Shown one piece after another: positions 63,940 through 64,000 of a DNA stretch of 64,000 bases. Where the stretch lies: NCBI GenBank assembly GCA_964510655.1, contig CAZEAY010000001.1, positions 164,944-228,943 of the forward strand. The letters are read 5' to 3'. Below the pieces are notes generated by a model that was not told where the DNA came from, made no database searches, and was given only the letters and a program-made list of their open reading frames with translations. The stretch is from an uncultured Candidatus Saccharibacteria bacterium (GTDB lineage Bacteria; Patescibacteriota; Minisyncoccia; Phycocordibacterales; XYD1-FULL-46-19). How positions within the stretch are numbered: position 1 is the stretch's first letter; each line of letters begins with the position of its first letter. The position numbers and the translations under genes are program-made.

Positions 63940-64000
63940 ATGAAACACCTAAGCCGTGCAGAAAAAGAAGCCTTGATATTGACAGATGTAAGGAATGCAC
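63940..64000 (+). CDS. 5' end of an unidentified gene (partial, runs off the window)
   Basis: GAGGAGGTG SD 6 nt before ATGAAACACCTAAGC... Confidence 0.3.
   Translation, partial: MKHLSRAEKEALILTDVRNA

Overview
This 64 kb window looks like a slice of a small, AT-rich bacterial chromosome, and I read it as a reduced-genome Patescibacteria/CPR-like organism. The evidence for that reading is a short AlaRS with no C-Ala domain, a UvrC with no helix-hairpin-helix (HhH) tail, type-IV-pilus/actin-like ATPase genes, secreted LTD/Ig proteins with peptidoglycan-binding tails, near-consensus TTGACA-17-TATAAT promoters and abundant hairpin terminators. The backbone is housekeeping: uvrC-like, a two-component pair, ddl, ychF, leuS, mltG, a DnaQ-like exonuclease, mnmA, alaS, the infA-rpmJ-rpsM-rpsK-rpsD-rpoA-rplQ and rplM-rpsI ribosomal blocks, grpE-dnaK-dnaJ, and two tRNA-Ala genes (UGC and GGC). 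Six things are not explained by the backbone. (1) About a dozen single-gene cassettes have visibly higher GC (about 50% against a mid-30s% background, judged by eye). Most have their own consensus promoter, and those that do carry a GGAGG-type SD and a strong intrinsic terminator. They encode upp, an adenylate-kinase-like protein, an NDK-like protein, a KhpA-like KH protein, a DUF397-like and a DUF1399-like protein, and several ORFans. (2) leuS carries a clean in-frame Nudix hydrolase domain inserted in its CP1/editing region. (3) A translationally coupled seven-gene operon (50683-57901) encodes E1alpha/E1beta thiamine diphosphate (TPP) enzymes, a PLP aminotransferase, two ATP-grasp ligases, a Nudix enzyme and a D-2-hydroxyacid dehydrogenase; it looks like a small-molecule or peptide-ligation pathway. 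It is followed by a nucleotide-housecleaning and peptidase neighbourhood (NDK-like, HAD, Nudix, an S66 MccF-like peptidase, an S51 peptidase, Ham1, a YjjX-like NTPase, and two HExxH proteins). (4) A fusion protein joins a polyprenyl-synthase-like domain to IPP isomerase. (5) A roughly 120 bp inverted-repeat element occurs twice, right after rpoA and right after dnaK, with related TACGAA motifs after uvrC and mnmA. (6) A SET-domain protein sits between a Cys-rich small protein and a polytopic histidine kinase. I saw no CRISPR array, rRNA or obvious transposase. All calls rest on reading the translations and the DNA by eye, with no searches run.
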